Shown here one piece after another: positions 37,873-49,660 of a stretch of DNA of 64,000 bases. The position numbers were made by a program, and so were the translations under genes. The stretch comes from Phoronis australis (Eukaryota > Animalia > Phoronida): the NCBI GenBank assembly GCA_002633005.1, contig NMRA01000210.1, forward strand, positions 515,104 to 579,103. Reading direction: 5' to 3'. Every line of letters starts with the position of its first letter. Position 1 is the stretch's first letter. The notes beneath the pieces are model-generated. The model saw nothing but the letters and a program-made list of their open reading frames with translations, did not search any database and had not been told where the DNA came from.

Positions 37873-40663
37873 AGCCCCCATATAATGGCCAAATGACTTT
37901 TGAACATGTTAGATATATGTATCATTGATTGACACAAACATATCATCCCTACCTTTACTCCTGACATTAACTAATTTCACCAATTGTAATCATACGACCA
38001 CATTAAGAAACCTGTTTAGCACCGAAAAAACTTTTGGTGGCGCTCGTTCTAATCGACGTAAGTGACATCGTTGTGACCCAAGAAGTACCGCACAGTTGGT
38101 TGCCACAGGAAACTTACCTTAGGGTGACGGGTTCATATTTCAAATCACAGATTTTTAAAATTATGTCTGTCAGAGACAACAAAGTTTATATACTATACAA
38201 CACTTATCTCGACACTTCCACGTGCATGTAATATCCTACAAGCCACTGTGCCTCGATAGTCTATCGTCGCCGAAGTCAGTAGCGCGTTCTCGGTGGGGAC
38301 CACTTACTCAGTCTAACATCAAACGCTTATTCACAAAGACGCCAGGGTCTAATGAACCAAGGGTCCCTGCGTGTATTGGGGGTCAGTTTGGCAATGAATG
38401 GAGATTCGTCCGTCCCACGGCGACATCCTGGCGGAATGCGTGCACCAGAGAACTAATCTGTTCATAGTCGATCCGTGATAATTGCAGGATTGTGTCGGGG
38501 CGTAAGGCGGCGTTACGCATCTTACGAAATGAAGGGCTCACGCGCAGCATGATAAAAAAGAATGATACGAGATTTTTCGCACTTGGGTCAGAAAAGCATA
38601 ATACTATGTCATGGATGGACGTTACAGCGGAAGAGTTCAATGAAATGTACGGCGAAATGGAAGATTAATGAAATGTAGAAACGTTTGGATGGATTAGCTC
38701 CGTATATGTCCAAACCAGAGGAATCCGAGTAAAGTGAAACAGAAGGGAAAAACCGGCCAATTGTTACGGAACATGCTACGGACCGTCTTGTAGGTGATGC
38801 TTGTTGGTGAGTAAAATGTATTATCAATCCACGAAATTGATAATACGGTAGAATTCAAATTAATCCGACATTATTTCTTGCGGTCGAAAATTCAGGAAAT
38901 TAAGTAGCAAAATTTTCCCGTGAAATTCCAAATACATTTAGTTATTTCCACCAGGTTTCATTTTTGGTTTCACAATGATTTCTATGAAGAAAAATATAAA
39001 TTTATAAGCATACGCTGCGACATCGGCTCATTCAAACTTTAAGTTGAAATTGTGTCGGAAGTCACCCGTGTTTAACTTGCCACCTGAATAGTATGCATTG
39101 GATTAGTTTCTAACACAACAGCATAGGTCAATTGGTCATTTGCATTTCAAATGTCTGAGATCAACACAAACAGCAGGCCGTCAGGAAGGTCTAAGCTGTT
39201 CAGGTGCGGGCAAAATATCAAACAAAAAAAAACGACAAAACAAACACGACGACTATGTCGCCACCTTGATACGACGAAATTCGTCATTTTTATCACTATT
39301 ATTCTTCATTTGAAGACGAAGGCAATTTACACAAGGCGCACGAAACTTAGCCCGTAGCCGACACAGTTAGCTGAACGCCGATTACTGAGACCTGCAGGAA
39401 AGTCTAAATGATTGAGGTGGGAACAAAATATCATTGAATAAAAAGGACAGACAAAGTTAGCGCTACGAATAGGTTGTCATATTTAAACTATCGTGAAAGA
39501 CCAATTGCACAAGGCATTTTATACTTTGAAGTCGGGGAAATACACCGTCCCCATCATACCACAACCCATCGACATGCCGACTGCACACTTTTTCCAGTGC
39601 GTGCCTCCAAAATGTACCCAAAGCCGTACTGCCCAACGTTCACATGCAGAGTTTGTAAGAACACCCTTTCGCGATGTTGAGTTCAAAGAATGTGTCACAA
39701 GGCTAAAGTTGAATCAGCGCTATCTAACGGTCACATGCAATCGAGTATATGCAACACCCAAGCACTTAATCGAGCCAAGCCGGTGCAAAATTTTGATTAG
39801 AACTGCCGCCGTTCTCTTTTGATGTGCAACTTGGGAGGTGTGCACATCTGAGTTCCGACATTGGCTGCAACATGTGAGTGACAGATGACAAGGGCTTGAG
39901 AATTTTTAGCCAACTAATGATTACTCTAATGCAAGACAAGTTGCGACCGTCGTTTGGCAAGTAACAGCCAAGGGTTGTCATCTTCACGTATGCTTTTTTG
40001 CGATAAAAATGAGACGTACATTCACACACTCCATTCGACGTTTCTGAGTCACGATCGTATGAAATGGTATCGACCAGTGCCGCGGTGATTTACTGTCGGG
40101 GATATTGTTTGTGGATAATCAAGACATCTTACCTGAAAACAAATATTTTTCCACCACAGAATTTGGTAAGTTTGGCGTTGTCAGATTTAGTATGAAACGT
40201 GGCTGTTGTATGGCATTTTACGTGGGTGCAAATACTTAGAAACTTGGTTCATCGTGGGTCGTGATTGAATTGATAGCGCCCTCTCGAAGATCTACGCCGC
40301 TGTTCGGTTCGAAGGGTGCTTTACCTGACACGATTGTTTTGCTTAGTAATTGCATTACCAATCGACGTTGATGCCTAACGTCGGCAATGTTTCTATTTGG
40401 TGAAGTTCCTTGAGCCGATCAGATGCTTAGGTTGTGGTTAGTGCGGTAATGTGTAGCTCACAGCTATGATGTCAATAGACCAGTCTACTGTAACTCCTCC
40501 AGAGGATTAAAGGGGTTTCCGATGGGGGCACATAATATTAGGGGCATAAAATGTGTAACAATTAGTTAATGGTTGTGTGGAATAAAACGAAACAAAGATA
40601 TGTTGCACAAAAGTACATGTATTTAACATATCTAAAAGGCAGTTGGCTCATTTTAGCCTGTCT
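37873..40663. mobile_element. Decayed Kolobok-like DNA transposon (~2.8 kb) in ERK intron 6
   Basis: TTAA|AG...CT|TTAA boundaries; imperfect ~60-bp TIRs (AATGGCCAAATGACTTTTGAACATGTTAGATATATGTA vs reverse complement AATGAGCCAACTGCCTTTTAGATATGTTAAATACATGTA); CpG-rich interior. Confidence 0.6.
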
Positions 40664-42504
40664 TTAAGAGGATTTCCTCTTTTTTGGTTTCACTTTCCTC
40701 TTACTTGATTTCCAGTTTCTCTTTTTCATCTCTTTTTTGTAATTATTTTGACTTTATTCATGCAAAAAAACGTTTCTTGCAGTTAAATTTTACAACAAAA
40801 TATATTTCTATCTTATAAGGCTATTTGTTGAACGATATTTCACGTGGAAAATTTTCCTCTTTTTTGTCATGGGTCATTCCAAGCCCTATGATATATACCA
40901 GTTCCTTGAGTGGAACTTAACAAAACTTTGCAAATATATTGTATATTAAGGAGGGGACATCAATTTCTCATTTTCACACAGCTGTGATATTTTGTGACCC
41001 CTTATGGCATTTATGTGTTATAACATTTGTTTTGGTGTAGTGTGTCTCTATCTCGGACTGTTTGAAGGACCATGAAATTTTGAAGATATGTTCCAATTGA
41101 GAAATTAAAGCATGCTTGATTTTAATTTTCGAAGACTGCTGTACCCTCTAGGGGCAGGTGCACTTCTTGTGCCTGACTCAGTATTTACCAAGTTCAGTAA
41201 TGTACGATCATCATTTATGGCAAATTTGTTCCTGCCAATGAAAGCAGGCTTTACATTAATTTTTTATGACTACTGCTGTGTCCTTGATCAATGTTCGTGC
41301 AAATTCGTTTCTATCATGAACAGGACAACATCCGTTCGTTTCTGGACAGATCTGACCTGTACTGTGCTCCGTAGTGGCCTGTTTGATCTCCATTTTTGAT
41401 GTCTACTGTAGTTTGAGAATGAAACTACCTTTGTCAGCTGAGCTTTAATAAACCTGCTATTGGATTGTCTTCCGGAGTCCCGTAGCCACTTGCGTATGTC
41501 TTTTTTTAATCTAAAAGAAATTGAAACACACTGTATAATTCTCAAGTAAGGTAATTTATGGAGAATTTTTGATAACATATGGAAGTGGCTGTATTGTTCC
41601 AAGAAACTTAACTCTAGTTTTGCACATTAAAAGATATGGACCACGCAGGGCTTTATCCAGGATTTTGAAAATGGGGTATCCAAAATAGGGTTCCTAATAT
41701 TCCAGAGCGTCCATGATTCCAACGACGGGTTACCCCTACCCTCCACCACCATTCACCAGTAACCCCCCCTCCCTCACACACACACTGAAGTTTTTTACAA
41801 AATTGCGTAGAGCAAGGCTTTTACATCTTAGTTTACAAAAGCAGCTCTCTTGTAGTGAGCTTTTTACTAAAAAGACTGTAGATCAAGTCTTTTATGCCTA
41901 AATTTACAAAAACAGCCAATTTAAATAGCTTAACAAACAAGTATTACAGATATTGGTTGAATGGTGAGTTTACTGTTTTTGGTGATATCAATTCGAATTG
42001 CTGTTACAAAGTTTATCATATCATCTTAACTAGCTTTATATTCTGTACAACGAGTCATCAAAGCTGCAGATAGCAACACAAGAAATATGCAAGATGATGT
42101 GTAGTTTATGTTTTGGCAACAGGTGTCACAAATTTGGCAGATGTGTTCATTTTGAGGATTGTGTGGCTTACGTTTTTCGAACCAATTTGATTGCAATCAC
42201 CCTCACCCCTCATATCTTTGCTTTTTTGTGATGCTCATGTTGGGTGCATTTCAAACCTTGTTCTGTTGAGGTTCTTCCAAATGTATCGGTGTTGCTCTCC
42301 ATCATGGGAATGTTTTGAAATAAGAGTTTTCCCATAACAGTAACTTTGTCATTTACTGTGCACACAGTGGGCACTTGGTGTTGCTCTTGCTTGCAGTTTG
42401 AAATGATACCGTGCTGAACTTTTTATTTTAATTTTTATCACTTGCTTTCTTTTGTCTGTGATTTAGCTGTTCACTTCATTCTGTTGCCGTCTTGTCCTTT
42501 TCAG

Positions 42505-42583
42505 GCACGAGCCTACATGTCGTCCCTCCATTATCGTGATAAGAAAGACTGGGCCACTATATTTCCTGGTGCCAATGCTCGCG
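42505..42583 (+). CDS. MAPK1: ERK exon 7 (79 nt)
   Basis: ttcag|ARAYMSSLHYRDKKDWATIFPGANAR|gtgagt. Confidence 0.92.
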
Positions 42584-43981
42584 GTGAGTTATTAACGCCT
42601 ACCATTGAGGAGCAAACACAACAGGGGTGTGTTCCTTGGACACAACAACCGGGAAAAAAAATGAAAGATCACGCACGGCCACGTGAAATCACAACGAATG
42701 AAAGACAAGTGTGTTATGATTGGGAATTTACTAGCGTACCCTGTGAATATGGCGGCCACTGAAGTGAATGTTCGCTGTGGTTTTAGGGTTTTACGCGAGC
42801 TGTTACAAGAGGACAGCTGATGGCTTTGGGCTCTCTGTTATGCCCTCTTTTAATTTGTTTACCCAGAAAATGTATAGGGTATTCTTTTCAGTCCTTTTGA
42901 ATTTGGTTTAGACTGCCATTGCCTGGTGCAGAAGCTGGTTTTGGTGTCTGTAGTAATCAGATTTAATAGTTTTCAAATTCATGGAAACACTTCTTCATTC
43001 AATACGTAGCACAGGAATTGATATTTACTGTGACAAAAGTTGCCAGACAAACACCTCGTGGTAGAATAGGCCATAAACCTAAAGCTCTATCCAATTTTAT
43101 CTCTCAATATTGCACTAGTCCCACTGTCATTCCCAGTTGTCAAATGTATCTATTTTGCCTGATGGCAGAGATCAGAGGGGAAGTTTGAATGAAACTCTGG
43201 CTCGGATTTAACTGATGAAAAACAAGCTTCAGCTTTGTATTACGGGTTATTAAACGGAATTAAAGAGAAATTCTGTACTTTACATTGGTGAGATCATTGG
43301 CAAAACTTGGGCGCAAAATGAATCATATTTTTTTTGCAGACTTCACTCATTCTTGCAATGACATATTTCAACAAAAAGACTTTCTAAAATGCTGGAAACA
43401 AGCTCTAAATTTTGCAAAAAATGGGACAGTCCACCCAAAACCCCCAATATAAGGAACCGATTCCTTTGATAGCCTTCTTTTGTTAAGCACACGAGTGCCC
43501 TTTGCGGTCTACCATGATTCTGCCAAATTACACTGCATTTACATGAAACTAGTCTCAAACTTATGTTGATGATTGGCTACTGCATGAATTGAAACCTCAG
43601 AGAATGTTTTTTCTTTGCCTGGTCTGTTGTCAAAGTGATTTGATTTGACCTCCTGACACGGAACCTGTCCATTCCTGTATGCTACTGGAGGTTTCCGCAG
43701 ACAAGCCTAGAGTTGATTCTAAATATTTTGTTTTACTGAAACTAAGACAGATTCAAATATATTAGTAGTTTTAGAGTTTAACCATGCAAAGTTCTCTACC
43801 CTGGGCGTAGTGTCAGGAAATTCTTTGTATATTCCTGCGGGGCAACTCTGGTAAATCAGACTTGAGGTAAATCTTAAGACAAAAGTTTCAGGTAAACTTA
43901 ACATCTCTTAAATTTTATCATAAAATTGAGATTTGCCGGGGCTAAGACACGTTATTACTCCTGAAATGTATTTTTATGTGA

Positions 43982-44122
<141 letters not shown>

Positions 44123-44199
44123 TGAGGGTAATAGGGTAGTGTTTAGCCGAGGTGTTAACTGTACAGTTCATAACTCATTGCTCACCTAGGTTACAGTGA

Positions 44200-44441
44200 G
44201 AGGAGGCAGTGTGGCCTGGTTGATAAGTGCCCGCTTTCTTTACTCGAGGTCGTGGGTTCAAGTCCCACCAGGTCACACTGCTAAACCCTTGAGCCAGGTT
44301 TCTAGCTCCTCAGCTCGGTTTTAACTATATATCAATGAAGCATAAAAATATTTCCAGGTGATCAGTGCAATGGGCCCACATGCGAGGCCTGCGCACGTCT
44401 GATACAACGTGTATCAGACCGCCTGCAATTAAAAAAAAAAC
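44200..44441 (+). mobile_element. Full-length tRNA-derived SINE with poly(A) tail and 11-bp TSD
   Basis: A box TGGCCTGGTTGAT, B box GGTTCAAGTCC (44255-44265), 3' hairpin GTCTGATACA-ACG-TGTATCAGAC, A10 tail, GGTTACAGTGA at 44189-44199 and 44442-44452. Confidence 0.9.
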
Positions 44442-44896
44442 GGTTACAGTGAAGAGAAATAACGCTCAATAGAAACTACCGTTCTTTCAACTTTTTACTT
44501 CATAAAAGCTGCTTTGAACTCGTATGTCAAAAGGACCTTTTGATTTAAATCACTTTGCCGTTCTAAACTGGTTTGTTCCTTGCCAGAGTTATAAGTGGTC
44601 TTTGGATGAAGTTGACAATTCAGTGGCGTTTGAGATCAGGTTCAGTGAGTGCTTTTTCTATGGTGTCGTTTTATGTGCTGAGCATAGCCTCGAGGAATAA
44701 TAAGCTACTAGAGTTCATTTGTAGCTCAGAAACCATTTCGCAAGGAACAGTTAGAGACCAGTTTTGTTATGATAGAATGGCAGAAAGCAGGTTCATAGCA
44801 GCTATAAATTTTAGTTCACGTGTCAATTTTTTCGCTTTAAAGTGAATATTTCTGTTTGGCAAGCACAACGTTCATCCGTAGCCATGCGTTTTGCAG

Positions 44897-45022
44897 CCCG
44901 TTGCCCTATCGCCGTTCACATTTGAGACAGAACTCGATGACCTGCCGAAAGAGAAATTAAAGGAGTTGATATTTGAAGAGATCATCTTTTTAGAAAAGAA
45001 GAACCAAGGACTCATAGAATAA
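44897..45022 (+). CDS. MAPK1: ERK exon 9 with stop codon (total CDS 1092 nt, 363 aa)
   Basis: ttgcag|[41 protein letters not shown]-stop. Confidence 0.95.
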   Translation, partial: PVALSPFTFETELDDLPKEKLKELIFEEIIFLEKKNQGLIE

Positions 45023-45458
45023 GGCAAGTGTTGACACAGGCTGCTATTAAGTTTCAGGATTTGTCAACTGATATAATCATTTAATGTCAGTGAGCACCCT
45101 CTAGTGTCCATTCATTGAACATAAGTATGGACCTCACTTAGTAGTACAAGAAAGAACACTAGAACACTAGTCTAGAACACTAGTCTCCCACGAGTACCTG
45201 CCAATCACACATGCCCCAACACACACTCACTCACATAATAACACGAGTACATTGAAGGAACATTTAAACTTGCTTCGATCATATATAATAACGATTTAAG
45301 AATTTGAGGTTGATGTAGTCTTTAGCATTAGTTATATTTCAGATCGTCTCGATCCCAGAAATGTCCTTGAAACCAAGTACAGATATATGTGTATTTGTTG
45401 CCGAGTCAAAAATGATATCGTTTGGAAAAACAAAGATCTTGGAAATCATCTTAAGCAA

Positions 45459-47227
45459 TTTTTATGCGCCAACATATTTCTGTGGTCGCATATTGCCGTC
45501 ATCTCTGTCTGGGTGTCCGTTGTCCCGTGTCCACCATCTGCAGCTGTATCTCCTAAACCCCTTACAGGGTCTTGATGAGATTTGGCAGACATGTTCCTAT
45601 TTAGCTGACGACGGAGGACGACAAATTTCGGACCTCTCCGACTACAGATGTGCCCCCTAGTGGAAATTTTAGTTTTTTAAACTTATCTCTGTATCTTTGG
45701 AAGTCCTCTGAGTCAATGGATTTTCATAAAATTTAGCAGGAAGATGAGGCTATCATCCTGTTTTATGATGGATTCAAGGTGTTTTGCACCACCTAGTGGC
45801 CATTTTTACTGTTTTCAGGTCTGTTTTTTGGCGTCCGCCCTTCTACAATCAAACTGCTCCAGGTGTGATTTTGAAAATTGGAATATATGTTCCTACTGTG
45901 GAGAGGGTGGCTGATGATGATTTTCCGACGATTTCAACTACTGTGGTGCCTCCTAGTGGCAGTTTTGTTTGTTTTTGTGCCCATGGCTGCATCGCCTAAA
46001 TGCTCTACAGGATCTTTATTGAATTTTACCGGTGTATTTATATGAAGTTGAAAGTAGAGTATGACGACATTCGAACGGATCGGACTATTGGTGTGTCCCC
46101 TAGTGGCATTTTTTTTGTTTTTACATTTACCTCTGTATCTTCAAAGGTTCTCAACAGATTTTCATAAAATTTAGCAACTACGCATTTATTAGTGAGGTAA
46201 GCTATCCTCTGGTTTTTGGTTGAATTTGGGTATTTTGTGCCACCTAGTGGCCATTTTTACTGTTTTCGAGTCTCTTTTTTGGCGTCCGTCCTTCTGTCAA
46301 TCAAACTGCTCTAGGGATGATTTTGAAAATTGGCATTATGTTCTTTCTATGAAGAGGGTGGCTGACGATGATTTTCCGACAACTTCAACTTCAACATCTG
46401 TGGCACCTCCTAGTGGCAGTTTTGTTTGTTTTTGTGGCCATGGCTGTATCTCCTAAATACTCTACAGAATCTTTATTGAATTTTACTGGTGTATTTATAT
46501 GTTTCAGAAGTTAAAAGCAGAGTACGACGACTTTGGAACGGATTGGAGTATTGGTGTGTTCCTTAGTGGCATTTTTTTTGTTGGTTTTTTTGGTTTACCT
46601 CTATATCTTTAAAGGCTCTCACCAGATTTTCATAAAATTTAGGAAATAGGCATATATTAGGAAGGTGACGTTCGTTATCCTCTGTCTTTTGGTTGAATTC
46701 GAGGTATTTTGCGCCACCTAGTGGCCATTTTTACTGTTTTCAAGTCTGTTTTTTCGGCATCTGCCCCTCTGTCTACCAAACCACTCTAAGGATGATTGTG
46801 GAAATTGGCATATATGTTCCTAATGTGAAGTGGAGGGTTGATGATTTTCTGACTTAAACTACTGTGGTGCCTCCTAGTGGCAGTTTTGTTTTTTTTTTGA
46901 CCCCATAGCTGTATCTCCCAAACACTCAGCAGGATGTTTAATTAAATTTAGCAAATGTATTCATATGAAGTTGACAACGGATGATGACGACTTTCAGACG
47001 TATCTGACGAACGCTGTGTCCCCTAGTGGCAATTTCATTTTTTTCTGTTTTCCTCTATTTCTTTGAAGTTCCTTTATGGATTTTTATGAAATTCCAGAAA
47101 TAACTTTCTATTAAAAAACAATGGCATGATCCCATTTTGGGACAGATTGGATGTATTTTGCGCCATCTAGTGGCCATTTTATGCGGTGGATTCGTGGACG
47201 CATTGCAACACTCTGCGTTGCTCCCGT
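45459..47227 (+). mobile_element. Helentron/HINE (DINE-1/pearl-like) non-autonomous element with an internal ~150-bp tandem array
   Basis: Starts in a T-run: TTTATGCGCCAACA..TGTGGTCGCATA 5' palindromic subTIR, GTCY-rich tract, 11 monomers, 3' subTIR GTGGACGCAT plus stem-loop GCAACACTCTGCGTTGC. Confidence 0.75.
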
Positions 47228-48053
47228 AGAAGATGTTAAAATGCAAAGTCCATGCTTATCGATACGATTGTTGGGGCATGCTTGTACTAGAATTTGATTC
47301 NNNNNNNNNNNNNNNNNNNNNNNNNNNNNNNNNNNNNNNNNNNNNNNNNNNNNNNNNNNNNNNNNNNNNNNNNNNNNNNNNNNNNNNNNNNNNNNNNNNN
47401 NNNNNNNNNNNNNNNNNNNNNNNNNNNNNNNNNNNNNNNNNNNNNNNNNNNNNNNNNNNNNNNNNNNNNNNNNNNNNNNNNNNNNNNNNNNNNNNNNNNN
47501 NNNNNNNNNNNNNNNNNNNNNNNNNNNNNNNNNNNNNNNNNNNNNNNNNNNNNNNNNNNNNNNNNNNNNNNNNNNNNNNNNNNNNNNNNNNNNNNNNNNN
47601 NNNNNNNNNNNNNNNNNNNNNNNNNNNNNNNNNNNNNNNNNNNNNNNNNNNNNNNNNNNNNNNNNNNNNNNNNNNNNNNNNNNNNNNNNNNNNNNNNNNN
47701 NNNNNNNNNNNNNNNNNNNNNNNNNNNNNNNNNNNNNNNNNNNNNNNNNNNNNNNNNNNNNNNNNNNNNNNNNNNNNNNNNNNNNNNNNNNNNNNNNNNN
47801 NNNNNNNNNNNNNNNNNNNNNNNNNNNNNNNNNNNNNNNNNNNNNNNNNNNNNNNNNNNNNNNNNNNNNNNNNNNNNNNNNNNNNNNNNNNNNNNNNNNN
47901 NNNNNNNNNNNNNNNNNNNNNNNNNNNNNNNNNNNNNNNNNNNNNNNNNNNNNNNNNNNNNNNNNNNNNNNNNNNNNNNNNNNNNNNNNNNNNNNNNNNN
48001 NNNNNNNNNNNNNNNNNNNNNNNNNNNNNNNNNNNNNNNNNNNNNNNNNNNNN

Positions 48054-49300
48054 GTTTTGTTTGTTTTTGTGCCCATGGCTGCATCGCCTAAATGCTCTAC
48101 AGGATCTTTATTATGTATGACGACATTTGAACGGATCCGACTATCGGTGTGCCCCCTAGTGGCATTTTTTTTTGCTTTTACATTTACCTCTGTATCTTCA
48201 AAGGTTCTCAACAGATTTTCATAAAATTTAGCAACTACGCATTTATTAGTGAGGTAAGCTATCCTCTGGTTTTTGGTTGAATTTGGGTATTTTGCGCCAC
48301 CTAGTCACCATTTTTACTGTTTTCGAGTCTCTTTTTAAGCGTCCGTCCTTCTGTCAATCAAACTGCTCTAGGGATGATTTTGAAAATTGGCATTATGTTT
48401 TTTCTGTGAAGAGGGTGGCTGACGATGATTTTCCGACAACTTCAACTTCTGTGGCACCTCCTAGTGGTAGTTTTGTTTGTTTTTGTGGCCATGGCTGTAT
48501 CTCCTAAATGCTCTACAGAATCTTTATTGGAATTTTACTGGTGTATTTATATGAAGTTAAAAGCAGAGTACGACGACTTTGGAGCGGATTGGAGTATCGG
48601 TGTGTTCCTTAATGGCATTTTTTTTTTGGTTTTTTTGGTTTACCTCTATATCTTTAAAGGCTCTCACCAGATTTTCATAAAATTTGGGAAATAGGCATCT
48701 ATTAGGAAGGTGACGTACGTTATCCTAGTGACCATTTTTACTGTTTTCAAGTCTGTTTTTTCGGCATCTGCCCCTCTGTCTACCAAACCACTCTAAGGAT
48801 GATTGTGGAAATTGGCATGTTCCTAATGTGAAGTGGAGGGTTGACGATTTTCTGACTTCAACTACTGTGGTGCCTCCTAGTGGCAGTTTTGTTTTTTTGT
48901 CCCCATAGCTGTATCTCCTAAACACTCAGCAGGATGTTTAATTAAATTTAGCAAATTTATTCATATGAAGTTGACAACGGATGATGACGACTTTCAGACG
49001 TATCTGACGAACGCTGTGTCCCCTAGTGGCAATTTCATTTTTTTCCGTTTTCCTCTATTTCTTTGAAGTTCTTTTATGGATTTTTATGAAATTCCAGAAA
49101 TAACTTTCTATTAAAAAACAATGGCATGTTCCCGTTTTGGGACAGATTGGATGTATTTTGCGCCATCTAGTGGCCATTTTATGCGGTGGATTCGTGGGCG
49201 CATTGCAACACTCTGCGTTGCTCCCGTAGAAGATGTTAAAATGCAAAGTCCATGCTTATTGATACGATTGTTGGGGCATGCTTGTACTAGAATTTGATTC
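48054..49300 (+). repeat. Second assembly of 45962-47300 (element plus unique flank) after an N gap; probable haplotype duplicate
   Basis: Includes the same unique 3' flank (AGAAGATGTTAAAATGC...GAATTTGATTC) at an offset of exactly 2000 bp. Confidence 0.8.
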
Positions 49301-49660
49301 TGTATGGAAAATCGTTCAGTTAAATACTGGTAAAATAGTGTCAAAAGAAACAATGTTACAGGCGATACTTAAGAAGTGTAACTCATTGGTTTGTGACATT
49401 TTTTCGTAAGATTTTGGTGACTTCATATCCTGTTTTTCACCAAGAAACAGTTCGGCATTCAACATCAATTTCCTGTCTCTAGAACGAAAATGTTCAGTCC
49501 AACTTTGGGGTGTACTTTTCTTCAACTACACAAATGTCATTAAATATATCCTCACCAGAATATCACCTCATCAAGTGTCTAATATATGGATTTTGTCATT
49601 TCGTACTAACGCAGCTCCATACAACCCACTGATAATATGATATGCTTTGTTCCATTGTAG

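Noticed and set aside
37538-42504. Mutually exclusive duplicate of the 80-nt exon, as in p38alpha
   Set aside because: No second YLDQL-like exon with a U12 branch site seen in introns 5 or 6
44200-44275. tRNA gene
   Set aside because: A and B boxes are present but there is no full cloverleaf; body, poly(A) and TSD show it is a SINE
47111-48211. Long ORFs of 265-366 aa in the track (also those at 188-547)
   Set aside because: They are open only because they cross N runs
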